This document shows, one piece after another, positions 7,541 through 15,302 of a DNA stretch of 29,934 nt. The stretch comes from a virus (lineage: Duplodnaviria > Caudoviricetes). The stretch's first letter is position 1; each line of letters begins with the position of its first letter. Both the position numbers and the translations under genes were made by a program. Under the pieces are notes generated by a model. It did no database searches and was not told the origin of the DNA. It was given only the letters and a program-made list of their open reading frames with translations. The stretch is taken from positions 1 through 29,934 of the IMG/VR virus record IMGVR_UViG_3300036773_000159; one strand, 5' to 3'.

Positions 7541-9672
7541 TGGCCCAGCGCTTCCTCGGTGGGGTCGTCGCGCCCGCCACGAATCCGGAGCCCGCGACGC
7601 GCCGCTACCTCGATGCGGCGGCGAAGACGTTCCTCCCGGTCGCCAATGGGACGCATTTCAATGGCCTCGGGGGCGGCACCACCGCGACGCTTCCCCAGGG
7701 CCGACGCTTCGGCACGCGGAAGCTGCTCCGGGTGATCTCCTCCGGCGCCGACACGCTCCAGGTCGAGTGGGCGAACATCGCCACCTCGAACACGCCGCAG
7801 GCCGGGAACGCCACGTGCGAGCTGGCCGGCCCGAACTCGGTCACCTCGCGGATGGCGGTCGAGTACCCGGCCGGGAACCCGCGGCTCGTATCCGGCAGCA
7901 CGGCGTGGAGCAGTGCGACCGCCTACGCGCTGCTCGACCAGGTCGTCTCCGGCGGCTCGAAGTGGGTCGCCATCCAGGCCGGCACGAACCAGCTTCCCGC
8001 CGCCGGGTCAGCCTTCTGGCGCCTGGTCAACACCTACGTCGTGAACTGGGAGGACCAGACCGACACCGCCGGCACCGTGACCTTCGCGCCCGGCGACTAC
8101 AAGCGATCCCAGCCCATCCCGCTCCTGGAGACCACACGCCAGGGCGACTGCATCGCCGTGCTGGGCGAGTTCGACACGGGCAGCACCACCAACCGCGTGC
8201 CGTACGCCGGCGCCGCGGGGGCCAGCAATACCGCGCCGTTCGTGGACTGGGTCATCCTGAACACCACGGCGCTTCCGGCCGCGACCGCGGGGACGGCGCT
8301 CACCGAGACCGGCATCACGAACCAGACCAACGGCAACACCACCACCTCCGGCAGCACCGTGGCGTCGGCCTGGATGCAGATCCCGTACGCGACTGCCGTG
8401 ACCGGGAACATCCCGAACAAGCGCTGTGTCGCGCTGTTCGGCGACAGTCTCATGCAGGGCACCGGCGGCGACGTGCGAGACGGCGAGCCGTGCGGCATCT
8501 TCCCGCGGTCAGTGGACGGATCGAGCTGGTGGCGGATCGCCCAGGGCGGCAACCGCGCGGGGTGCTACGTGCCGGGCAACGCGCCGTGGCAGATGAGCGT
8601 GGTAGCGCGCTGCACGGCGACGATCACGAACTTGTGCATGAATGACATCAACGCGAACCTGACCTTTGCCCAGGTCCAGGCGAACATGATCACGCTGTGG
8701 AAGATGCTCGACGCGGCCGGACCGCCGGTGCGCGCCGGCTACCCCACGCCGATCTCCGCCAGCTCGGATGCCTGGGCGACCACGGCGAACCAGTCGCGGT
8801 TCACCAACGGCGGCGCCATCAACACCACCCAGAACCCGACCGACGACGCGAGCTATCTCACCTCCGTCTACGGTCTCATCTCGATGTGGCTGTCCCAGGA
8901 CGGCGCGACATTGGCGCTGCCGGATGGGACAACGGTCAAAACGGGCGAACGTCAGCACCCGCTGGAGGGGCTGGTGGACTGGCGCGGCCTTATCGCCGAC
9001 CCGCAGACCTCGTGGAAGTGGAACCCCGGATACACCAGCGACGGAGCGCACCCGCTCCCCGCGGCCGTTATCGTGCAGGCCGCCTACACCGCGTCGCAGA
9101 TGGAGACGGTCCTGCTTGCCCGGCAGACCGGCGATCAGCCGTTCCCGCGGTACAACCCCCAGGGCGAGCCGCCGATCCAGGCTTACCAGCGCGCGCTCGT
9201 CACCGGCTCCAGTCCGTCGGAAGCCGCCGCGGGAAGCTTCGCGACCTTCATCGGCGTGTCGCCCGGCCGCTACTACTACGGCTTCCGCTCCGGGTCGGGG
9301 TCGGCAACCTCGGCCGCGCGAGCCTGGACCCTGTTCGCCGGCGCGGACCCGGCGAAGCTCAAGGTCGTCGCGTCGGGCACCACCACGCCGGGCGCGAGCG
9401 CGATCATCGACGTGGCCATCAGCGGGCCCGTGTGGGTTCCGGCTGGCTACGTCGTCTACCTGGTGATGTCCGTCCCGATCACCACGGCCAACGTGTACGT
9501 GGGCAACACCGCGCCGTTCGCGAAGCTCAACCAGCAAGGCCTAGGGTTCATCACCGCGGGCAAGTCGACGGACACGGCGGCACTGACCGGGGTCGTCTCG
9601 ATGTTCAACGCCACCGCGGGTGCCAAGACCTTCGCCCCGCACGCGTTCCGACAGTGGGCAGAGCTGTACTGA
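7540..9672 (+). CDS. Virion-associated SGNH/GDSL hydrolase with carbohydrate-binding-like module
   Basis: TGATG coupling at 7540; FGDSL block I and SDGAHP block V; AWSSATAY..DQVV..GSKWVA..W resembles CBM5/12. Confidence 0.75.
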   Translation: MAQRFLGGVVAPATNPEPATRRYLDAAAKTFLPVANGTHFNGLGGGTTATLPQGRRFGTRKLLRVISSGADTLQVEWANIATSNTPQAGNATCELAGPNSVTSRMAVEYPAGNPRLVSGSTAWSSATAYALLDQVVSGGSKWVAIQAGTNQLPAAGSAFWRLVNTYVVNWEDQTDTAGTVTFAPGDYKRSQPIPLLETTRQGDCIAVLGEFDTGSTTNRVPYAGAAGASNTAPFVDWVILNTTALPAATAGTALTETGITNQTNGNTTTSGSTVASAWMQIPYATAVTGNIPNKRCVALFGDSLMQGTGGDVRDGEPCGIFPRSVDGSSWWRIAQGGNRAGCYVPGNAPWQMSVVARCTATITNLCMNDINANLTFAQVQANMITLWKMLDAAGPPVRAGYPTPISASSDAWATTANQSRFTNGGAINTTQNPTDDASYLTSVYGLISMWLSQDGATLALPDGTTVKTGERQHPLEGLVDWRGLIADPQTSWKWNPGYTSDGAHPLPAAVIVQAAYTASQMETVLLARQTGDQPFPRYNPQGEPPIQAYQRALVTGSSPSEAAAGSFATFIGVSPGRYYYGFRSGSGSATSAARAWTLFAGADPAKLKVVASGTTTPGASAIIDVAISGPVWVPAGYVVYLVMSVPITTANVYVGNTAPFAKLNQQGLGFITAGKSTDTAALTGVVSMFNATAGAKTFAPHAFRQWAELY

Positions 9673-9686
9673 CACGCATGGCGTAG

Positions 9687-9716
9687 TGGCATACCCCCAA
9701 TTTGGGGGGTTATGAT
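9687..9716 (+). promoter_or_regulatory. Promoter with palindromic box in the spacer, upstream of terminase genes
   Basis: TGGCAT - ACCCCCAATTTGGGGGGT (18 nt) - TATGAT. Confidence 0.7.
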
Positions 9717-9800
9717 CACGCCATGCGTGACTCAGCGTGCTTATCGGCGCGCGTCGTCTCGTGAGATTCCCGTCCTGATCTCACCCTGGAGGGAGACGCC

Positions 9801-10343
9801 GTGCCACCGAAGAAGTCCAATTTGCGAGCCGTGAACCCGCGGCAGGCCAGCGCGCCACGCGCCACAATCGCGGAGACGAGGGTCAAGGCCACCCGGCTGT
9901 TCCGCATGGTGGCCCAGGGCTACACCGTCACCGACGCCGGCAAAGAGCTGGGCATGACGGAGCCCCAAGCCTCGAAGCTCTACAACGAAGAGCTGTCCCG
10001 GACGATGGAGGGTGACCTCGCGCTCCGGCAGAACCAGCTGGCGAACGAGCTGGAGACGTTGCGGCAGCTCAAGAAGGTCTTCATGGAGAAGGCGCTCGAA
10101 GGCAACGAGAAGGCCGCGCGCGTGATCCTGGGGGTGGTCGACCGGATCGCCAACCTGTGCGGGCTCAACGCGGAGCTGAAGATCCAGATCTCGAACCAGC
10201 GCATCGACGAGACGGTTTCCCAGGTGCTCAGTCTCATCGAAGACGGAAGCTCCCAGGTCCCGGCGCTGCTCGAAGCCGGTGTGCTCCAGCTCGACCCGGC
10301 CATCGTCGATGGCGAGTTCGTCGAGGCCGGGGAGGTCGGGTGA
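9801..10343 (+). CDS. terS: Probable terminase small subunit (HTH)
   Basis: HTH-like GYTVTDAGKELGMT; G..KAA..IL.VVDRIANLCGL motif; GTGA-coupled to terL; RBS GGAGG. Confidence 0.65.
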   Translation: MPPKKSNLRAVNPRQASAPRATIAETRVKATRLFRMVAQGYTVTDAGKELGMTEPQASKLYNEELSRTMEGDLALRQNQLANELETLRQLKKVFMEKALEGNEKAARVILGVVDRIANLCGLNAELKIQISNQRIDETVSQVLSLIEDGSSQVPALLEAGVLQLDPAIVDGEFVEAGEVG

Positions 10344-12133
10344 TCGACCTGGAGTCGGAGGTACGCCGCAAGCTCGATGAGCTGAATCCCGGTGAGCGGC
10401 GTCTCGCCCAGCTTCGACTCGATCGCATCCTCCGACGCCGGAAGGCCCTGGAGAGATTCCAGTCTCCTGGCCACATCGCCAAGTTCATCCAGCCCGACAC
10501 CGTCCAGACGCGCATGATGACCGCGCTCGACCAGGTGGCGATCGCCGCGGACTCCGGCTTCCAGCGCCGGTGGATCATCTCGACCCCTCCCCAGGAGGGC
10601 AAGACGATGCGCATGGGCACCGCGGTTCCGCTGTGGCTCCTGATGCGCGACCCGACGCGACGGATCGTGGTCGCCTCCTACGAACAGTCCGTGGCCGGCC
10701 GCTCCACGCTCGCGGTCCGCCAGGCCATCGAGACCTACGGCGCCGGCTACAAGGGCGACCGCCACTACGCGCATCAGGAAGACCAGCTGGGGCTGATCCT
10801 GGACCCGGACCGCGCGCAACAGACGAATTGGTCCCTGACCGACACGCCCGGCCGGCGCAACGGCGGCATGGTCGCGGTCGGCGTGGGCGGCGCGCTCACC
10901 GGCCGGTCCGCCGACGTGCTGATCATCGACGACGCGGTGAAGGGACCCCAGCAGGCCGGGAGCCCGCAACAGCGGCAGCTGATGTGGGACTGGTACCTGT
11001 CGGTGGCGTCCACCCGACTCTCCCCCGGTGCGCTCCTGATCGTCATCGGCACCCGCTGGCACGAGGACGACCTGATCGGCCGGCTCATCGCGCAGGACGA
11101 GCAGAGCCGGCGGCCCGACTTCCACCAGCTCGTCATCCCCGCGATCGCCAAGTCGAACGACCCACTGGGGCGCAAGCCCGGCGAGTACCTGGTGAGCACG
11201 CGCGGCCGGAAGCCCTCGGACTGGGACGACATTCGGCGCCGGGTCGGTGAGTGGGTCTGGGCGGCGCTCTACGATGCCGACCCGCACCCGCCCGCCGGTG
11301 GCGTGTTCCAGCTGGCGTGGATCGCCTACCACCGCGTGGCGGTCGCGCCGGAGCTGGTGCGCACGGAGGTCTTCGTGGACCCGGCGGACAACGAGGGCGA
11401 CGGCGACGAGGCCGGCATCACGGTCCTCGCCCGCGGAGTTGACGAGCACTTCTACTGCCTGGCCGACGAGTCCGGGCACATGACCGTCGGCCAGTGGTTC
11501 CGGCGCGCCTTCCTTGCCGGGCTCCGCCACGACGCGACCGCCATCCGCTACGAGCGGTCGCTGTCCCAGCTCCGCAAGAGCGGCCGGCAGGCCTGGAAGG
11601 ACATCCGCCGGGACGCGCTGAAACTGCACGAGCTGGACCCGTTCAAGAAGATGCCGGGCAAGCGGGCCCGGACGCCCGACGAGGCGTTGCTCCACGTGGC
11701 CGCGCGGCAGCTGGTGCGCGACGATGCCGAGCCGGAAGAGATCCTGGCTATGGAGAAAGCGCTGACCGCGCTGTGGCCGCTGGTGCCGAAGGTGCTCGCA
11801 CTGCCGGAGACCGGTATCCCGATCCGGCCGATCACGCCTAAGGGCACGAAGACGTTCCGCGCGCAGATGGTGGCGCCGCTGCACGAGTTCGGCAAGGTCC
11901 ACCATGTCGGCCTGTTCCCTGAGCTTCAGCACCAGTTGGTCAGCTGGAAGGAAGGCCTTGACAGCCCGGACCGGATGGACGCCTACGTGCACGGGCTCAC
12001 CGAGCTGTCCCGGACCGATGCGGCCACCGCCAACCCGGGACCGGCGCACGCCATCCAGCCGCTGCCTGCTCGCCCGTCGGCCGGCCTGGGCAACACGATC
12101 CGCCGGCAGGGTGAGAGCCGGCGGTATCGATGA
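10340..12133 (+). CDS. terL: Terminase large subunit
   Basis: Walker A STPPQEGKT, Walker B LIIDD, GTRWHEDDL coupling motif, nuclease VDPA and SPDRMDA. Confidence 0.95.
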   Translation: MIDLESEVRRKLDELNPGERRLAQLRLDRILRRRKALERFQSPGHIAKFIQPDTVQTRMMTALDQVAIAADSGFQRRWIISTPPQEGKTMRMGTAVPLWLLMRDPTRRIVVASYEQSVAGRSTLAVRQAIETYGAGYKGDRHYAHQEDQLGLILDPDRAQQTNWSLTDTPGRRNGGMVAVGVGGALTGRSADVLIIDDAVKGPQQAGSPQQRQLMWDWYLSVASTRLSPGALLIVIGTRWHEDDLIGRLIAQDEQSRRPDFHQLVIPAIAKSNDPLGRKPGEYLVSTRGRKPSDWDDIRRRVGEWVWAALYDADPHPPAGGVFQLAWIAYHRVAVAPELVRTEVFVDPADNEGDGDEAGITVLARGVDEHFYCLADESGHMTVGQWFRRAFLAGLRHDATAIRYERSLSQLRKSGRQAWKDIRRDALKLHELDPFKKMPGKRARTPDEALLHVAARQLVRDDAEPEEILAMEKALTALWPLVPKVLALPETGIPIRPITPKGTKTFRAQMVAPLHEFGKVHHVGLFPELQHQLVSWKEGLDSPDRMDAYVHGLTELSRTDAATANPGPAHAIQPLPARPSAGLGNTIRRQGESRRYR

Positions 12134-12597
12134 CGAGCCCCCTACGCCGCCAGGTCGCCGAAGAGGTGATGGGGCCGCCCGCGGTCGCGCACCAGGCGCG
12201 CCGGGTGGCCCTTGTCGTGGAGCAGGTGGACGGCGGGCTCCGGGTGTCCTCGCCCCAGGCGCGCGGCTGGGCGGCCGTGGCGCGCAACCAGAGGGAACTG
12301 CTCAGCGCCATCCAGAGCGCCTTCACCGAGGTCCAGCTGGCCAGCTACGCCGCCTGGAAGGGCGAGGTCTACGACCTGGACGCGCTCACCGACGTGGACC
12401 CGGGCGACCCGGACACCGCGCTCCGGCAGCGCCCGCGGCGGCGCGACCGCACCGTGCGGTCGGACATCCGCCATCCGAGCGAGTGGGCCCGGCTCGATGA
12501 CGGCCGGTGGCGATCGCCGGCCGGCCGCATCTTCCGCGAGGACACCCCGATGGTCCAGCGCGTGATCGAGAACCGTCGTCTGCTCGGTATCGAATAG
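12130..12597 (+). CDS. Hypothetical protein
   Basis: ATGA overlap with terL stop; high GC3. Confidence 0.75.
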   Translation: MTSPLRRQVAEEVMGPPAVAHQARRVALVVEQVDGGLRVSSPQARGWAAVARNQRELLSAIQSAFTEVQLASYAAWKGEVYDLDALTDVDPGDPDTALRQRPRRRDRTVRSDIRHPSEWARLDDGRWRSPAGRIFREDTPMVQRVIENRRLLGIE

Positions 12598-12601
12598 ACC
12601 A

Positions 12602-12631
12602 TTGCATCCCCCTATTCTAGGGGGATACAGT
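12602..12631 (+). promoter_or_regulatory. Leaderless promoter with perfect palindromic box
   Basis: TTGCAT-18 nt-TACAGT; ATCCCCCTA-TTC-TAGGGGGAT at 12606-12626; ATG lies 6 nt after the -10 with no RBS. Confidence 0.8.
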
Positions 12632-12637
12632 GACCCC

Positions 12638-12856
12638 ATGACGAAACCCGATGCGCACGTGGCGCCGGCCGAAACGGTCGACGAGATCCGGGAAATGATC
12701 AGTGACCTGACCGTTTCCGTCAGCTACATGGACCACCCCGCCTGGTCGGCCAGCGACAAGAGCGCCGCCAGCTACCGCGACGAGGCGCTGACCCTCGTGT
12801 CCGACTTGACCGCCAAGCTCGCCGACCTCCGCAACTCCCTGGAGGGGCAGTGGTGA
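12638..12856 (+). CDS. Hypothetical protein (probably leaderless)
   Basis: ATG at the predicted +1; good codon bias. Confidence 0.7.
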   Translation: MTKPDAHVAPAETVDEIREMISDLTVSVSYMDHPAWSASDKSAASYRDEALTLVSDLTAKLADLRNSLEGQW

Positions 12857-13050
12857 CCGCGGACTTGCAGGCCTGCCTCTCGCGTCTCCGGGACCACGCG
12901 GACGACGCCTACGAGGGCGGCACCTGGGCGGCCGACAACACCGCCGGAAGCGAGTCCCGCAAGCGGAACCGCGAGATGGCGCTCGCCGCGATGGACGACC
13001 TGGAGACCGCCATCCGCGAGGCACGAGCCGCGATCGAGGCGCTGCCGTGA
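12853..13050 (+). CDS. Hypothetical protein
   Basis: GTGA overlap; RBS GGAGG. Confidence 0.7.
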   Translation: MTADLQACLSRLRDHADDAYEGGTWAADNTAGSESRKRNREMALAAMDDLETAIREARAAIEALP

Positions 13051-13262
13051 GGACGCGCCCCGGCGGCTCCTTCGCCCAGGCGCACGAGAACGCCGAGCGG
13101 CTGTCGAACACCATGACGGCCATCGCGGGCTACACAGCCCGGCTCGAAGACGGCATGCCCTTCGTCAAGGAGGCTGTGCTGACTCACGAGATCCGCATCG
13201 AGCTGACTCAGCTGGTCGCGATCGCCGAAGACCTCCGCGCCGACCTGGAGGCCTTCGGATGA
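13047..13262 (+). CDS. Hypothetical protein
   Basis: GTGA overlap with upstream stop; ATGA-coupled to the next gene. Confidence 0.65.
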   Translation: MRTRPGGSFAQAHENAERLSNTMTAIAGYTARLEDGMPFVKEAVLTHEIRIELTQLVAIAEDLRADLEAFG

Positions 13263-14011
13263 TGGCGAAGGGCCACTTCCTCTCCGGCGTCGCGGCCGGG
13301 TTGCTCACGGCTCCGCTCGCGCTCGAACTGACCACGAGTGGGCCTGCCACCCCGGCGACCGTCGTTGCGCGCTCGGTGGCCTACTCAGCCGTCGTCGGGA
13401 TCGGCGCGCTCTGGCCGGACATCGACCACAAGCCCGCGTTCATCTCCCAGTGCCTGTGGATCGTGAGCCGCTTCGTCTGCTGGGTCATGCGCCACATCAG
13501 CAGGCTGGTCTACGAGGCCACCCGCACCGAGAAGGACAAGCCGGAAGCCGTCCACCGCACGTTCACGCACACGAACTTCGGGACGCTGCTCACCGGCGGC
13601 GCCGTGTACGCGGGGCTGCTTGCGGGCCACGTCTTCCTGGCTCCGCTGTGGGCGCTCGCGTTCACCGTCGGGTGCCTCTGCCACATCTGGTTCATCGGCG
13701 ACGCCTGCACGCTGTCGGGCGTCCCGCACCCGCTGTGTCCGCTCGTCGTCATCGACGGCAAGCGCTGGTCCACCGTGGGCTTCCCGCGGTGGATGCGGTT
13801 CCGCGCCGGTGGCGTCCACAAGGGCGAGAAGGTCAAGATCCCCTTCACCGACAAGCACATCGTGCTCAAGCGCAAGCCGATGTTCACCGGCGAGCGCATC
13901 GCCACCTCCGCTTTCGCGGCGCTCACCGGCGCCGCGGGCGCCCTGACCCTGATTGCCTACGGCGCGCCCTGGTGGACGCCGGTCGTCGCACTCCTGGAGG
14001 CCTCACGATGA
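13259..14011 (+). CDS. Membrane-bound metal-dependent hydrolase (YdjM-like)
   Basis: GH..SG, GALWPDIDH, HRTFTH and H...GDACT.SGV motifs; multiple TM segments. Confidence 0.85.
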   Translation: MMAKGHFLSGVAAGLLTAPLALELTTSGPATPATVVARSVAYSAVVGIGALWPDIDHKPAFISQCLWIVSRFVCWVMRHISRLVYEATRTEKDKPEAVHRTFTHTNFGTLLTGGAVYAGLLAGHVFLAPLWALAFTVGCLCHIWFIGDACTLSGVPHPLCPLVVIDGKRWSTVGFPRWMRFRAGGVHKGEKVKIPFTDKHIVLKRKPMFTGERIATSAFAALTGAAGALTLIAYGAPWWTPVVALLEASR

Positions 14012-14358
14012 GAAGGACCGGCTCCAGCAAGAAGCGGGCGAAGGCCCGCCGCGAGCACTACCGGCCCGAAGGCCACACGTACTGGGAGGAGAACCGGGGC
14101 GGCACCCAGCGCCGCGACGTGGTGATGCGACACGGCCGGATGGACTGGTCCCGCGGCTACGCGCGGATCGAGTTCTGCGACTACTCCAGCAAGCCGATCT
14201 ACGACACCGCCGACGCGGCTCAGTCCGCCCTCGACGAGATCACCGCGCTCAACCCGGCCCACAACCCCAGCGAGGTCTACAAGTGCGTTCGCCAGGCACT
14301 CGACCCGCACTACCACTACGCGTCGATCAAGGGAGACGACCACGATGATGAGTTCTGA
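14008..14358 (+). CDS. Hypothetical protein, possible Zn-binding
   Basis: ATGA overlap; C..SSKPIY.T..AA...YKC......HYH pattern. Confidence 0.65.
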   Translation: MRRTGSSKKRAKARREHYRPEGHTYWEENRGGTQRRDVVMRHGRMDWSRGYARIEFCDYSSKPIYDTADAAQSALDEITALNPAHNPSEVYKCVRQALDPHYHYASIKGDDHDDEF

Positions 14359-14614
14359 GGTGACCGCGCTCGACTTTGTCCACCGCTTCCGGCAGGACAC
14401 CAAGGCGGTCGCGGCCAATCACGGCGGCGAGATCGGTTCCGAGGTCGAGAGACTGGAGATCCGCGAGGCCGGGGAGTGCGCCGTGGAGGCCTGGAGCCCC
14501 GACGGGCGCGACTTTCTCACCCAGTACTGGCTGGATGAGACCTTCTACCGGCTGCTCGTGGACCGCCCGACCATCGTCGCGGAGGCCAACGGCGTGTGGC
14601 GGGCGGCCTGGTGA
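14345..14614 (+). CDS. Hypothetical protein
   Basis: RBS GGGAG; coupled to the next gene by GTGA. Confidence 0.65.
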   Translation: MMSSEVTALDFVHRFRQDTKAVAANHGGEIGSEVERLEIREAGECAVEAWSPDGRDFLTQYWLDETFYRLLVDRPTIVAEANGVWRAAW

Positions 14615-15048
14615 GCGGGCGACGGGGGACCTCGAACTCGAACACCCGCGGTTCGGCATCCCAGCGCCGGGCCCGACGGCAGGCCTTGCTGGACCGGGAC
14701 GGCGACGGCGTCAAGGCGCCATGCTGGGAGTGCGGCACGCTCGTCGACTTCGTCACGCTGATCTGCGACCGGATCGTCCCGGGTATCCGCGGCGGCCGGT
14801 ACGTGATGGATAACCTGCGGGTGCACTGCGACCCGTGCTCGCACCGGCAGGCCTGCGCGTTGTCGGCAGAGACGCGGCGCTGGAACGGGCTCGCGAAGCG
14901 CGGGCTCCGGCGCACCCGGTTGTCACCCGCCGGCGAGCGCCACCTGGACCGCTGGTGGATCGTGCTCGATGGCCGGCCGGTGGGCCATGTCGCCCAGGCG
15001 GGCAAGCGCTGGCTCGCGACGCTGTGGACGGGGCGCCGCACTCGGTAG
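14611..15048 (+). CDS. HNH endonuclease (DR variant); 3' end possibly frameshifted, true end may be 15131
   Basis: CWECG...CDRIVPG.RGGRY..DNLRVHCDPC. Confidence 0.8.
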   Translation: MSGRRGTSNSNTRGSASQRRARRQALLDRDGDGVKAPCWECGTLVDFVTLICDRIVPGIRGGRYVMDNLRVHCDPCSHRQACALSAETRRWNGLAKRGLRRTRLSPAGERHLDRWWIVLDGRPVGHVAQAGKRWLATLWTGRRTR

Positions 15049-15130
15049 AGCCGGCGGACAGCCAGCGCCAGGCCATCGCATGCCTGGCGAACCTGTACGA
15101 CGGGCGGCCACGGCTGATCAGGACGGCCTG

Positions 15131-15147
15131 ACCCCCAGGTTGGGGGC
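15131..15147. promoter_or_regulatory. CCCCC-N5-GGGGG box
   Basis: ACCCCCAGGTTGGGGGC, between convergent operons. Confidence 0.5.
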
Positions 15148-15150
15148 AGA

Positions 15151-15195
15151 GAAATCCCCCCGGAGCGAGACTTTCCGCTCCGGGGGGCTTCTTTT
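15151..15195. terminator. Intrinsic terminator between convergent operons (possibly bidirectional)
   Basis: 12 bp stem CCCCCCGGAGCG / CGCTCCGGGGGG (15156-15187) followed by CTTCTTTT; GAAAT on the other side. Confidence 0.8.
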
Positions 15196-15206
15196 GTCTC
15201 AATCTG

Positions 15207-15224
15207 ACCCCCCATTACGGGGGT
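15207..15224. promoter_or_regulatory. CCCCC-N6-GGGGG box
   Basis: ACCCCCCATTACGGGGGT, downstream of the traB-like gene. Confidence 0.55.
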
Positions 15225-15302
15225 TAGACCGTCTCACTTTCGCTATATTCTCGCCACTTTCTCGCCCGTCTGCGCGTTACGTGCGTCTCGCGTGAGACGA
15301 GA

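Noticed and set aside
10340-12133. Intein in TerL
   Set aside because: No C/S start, HN-C/S/T junction or LAGLIDADG motifs; the extra segment is short.
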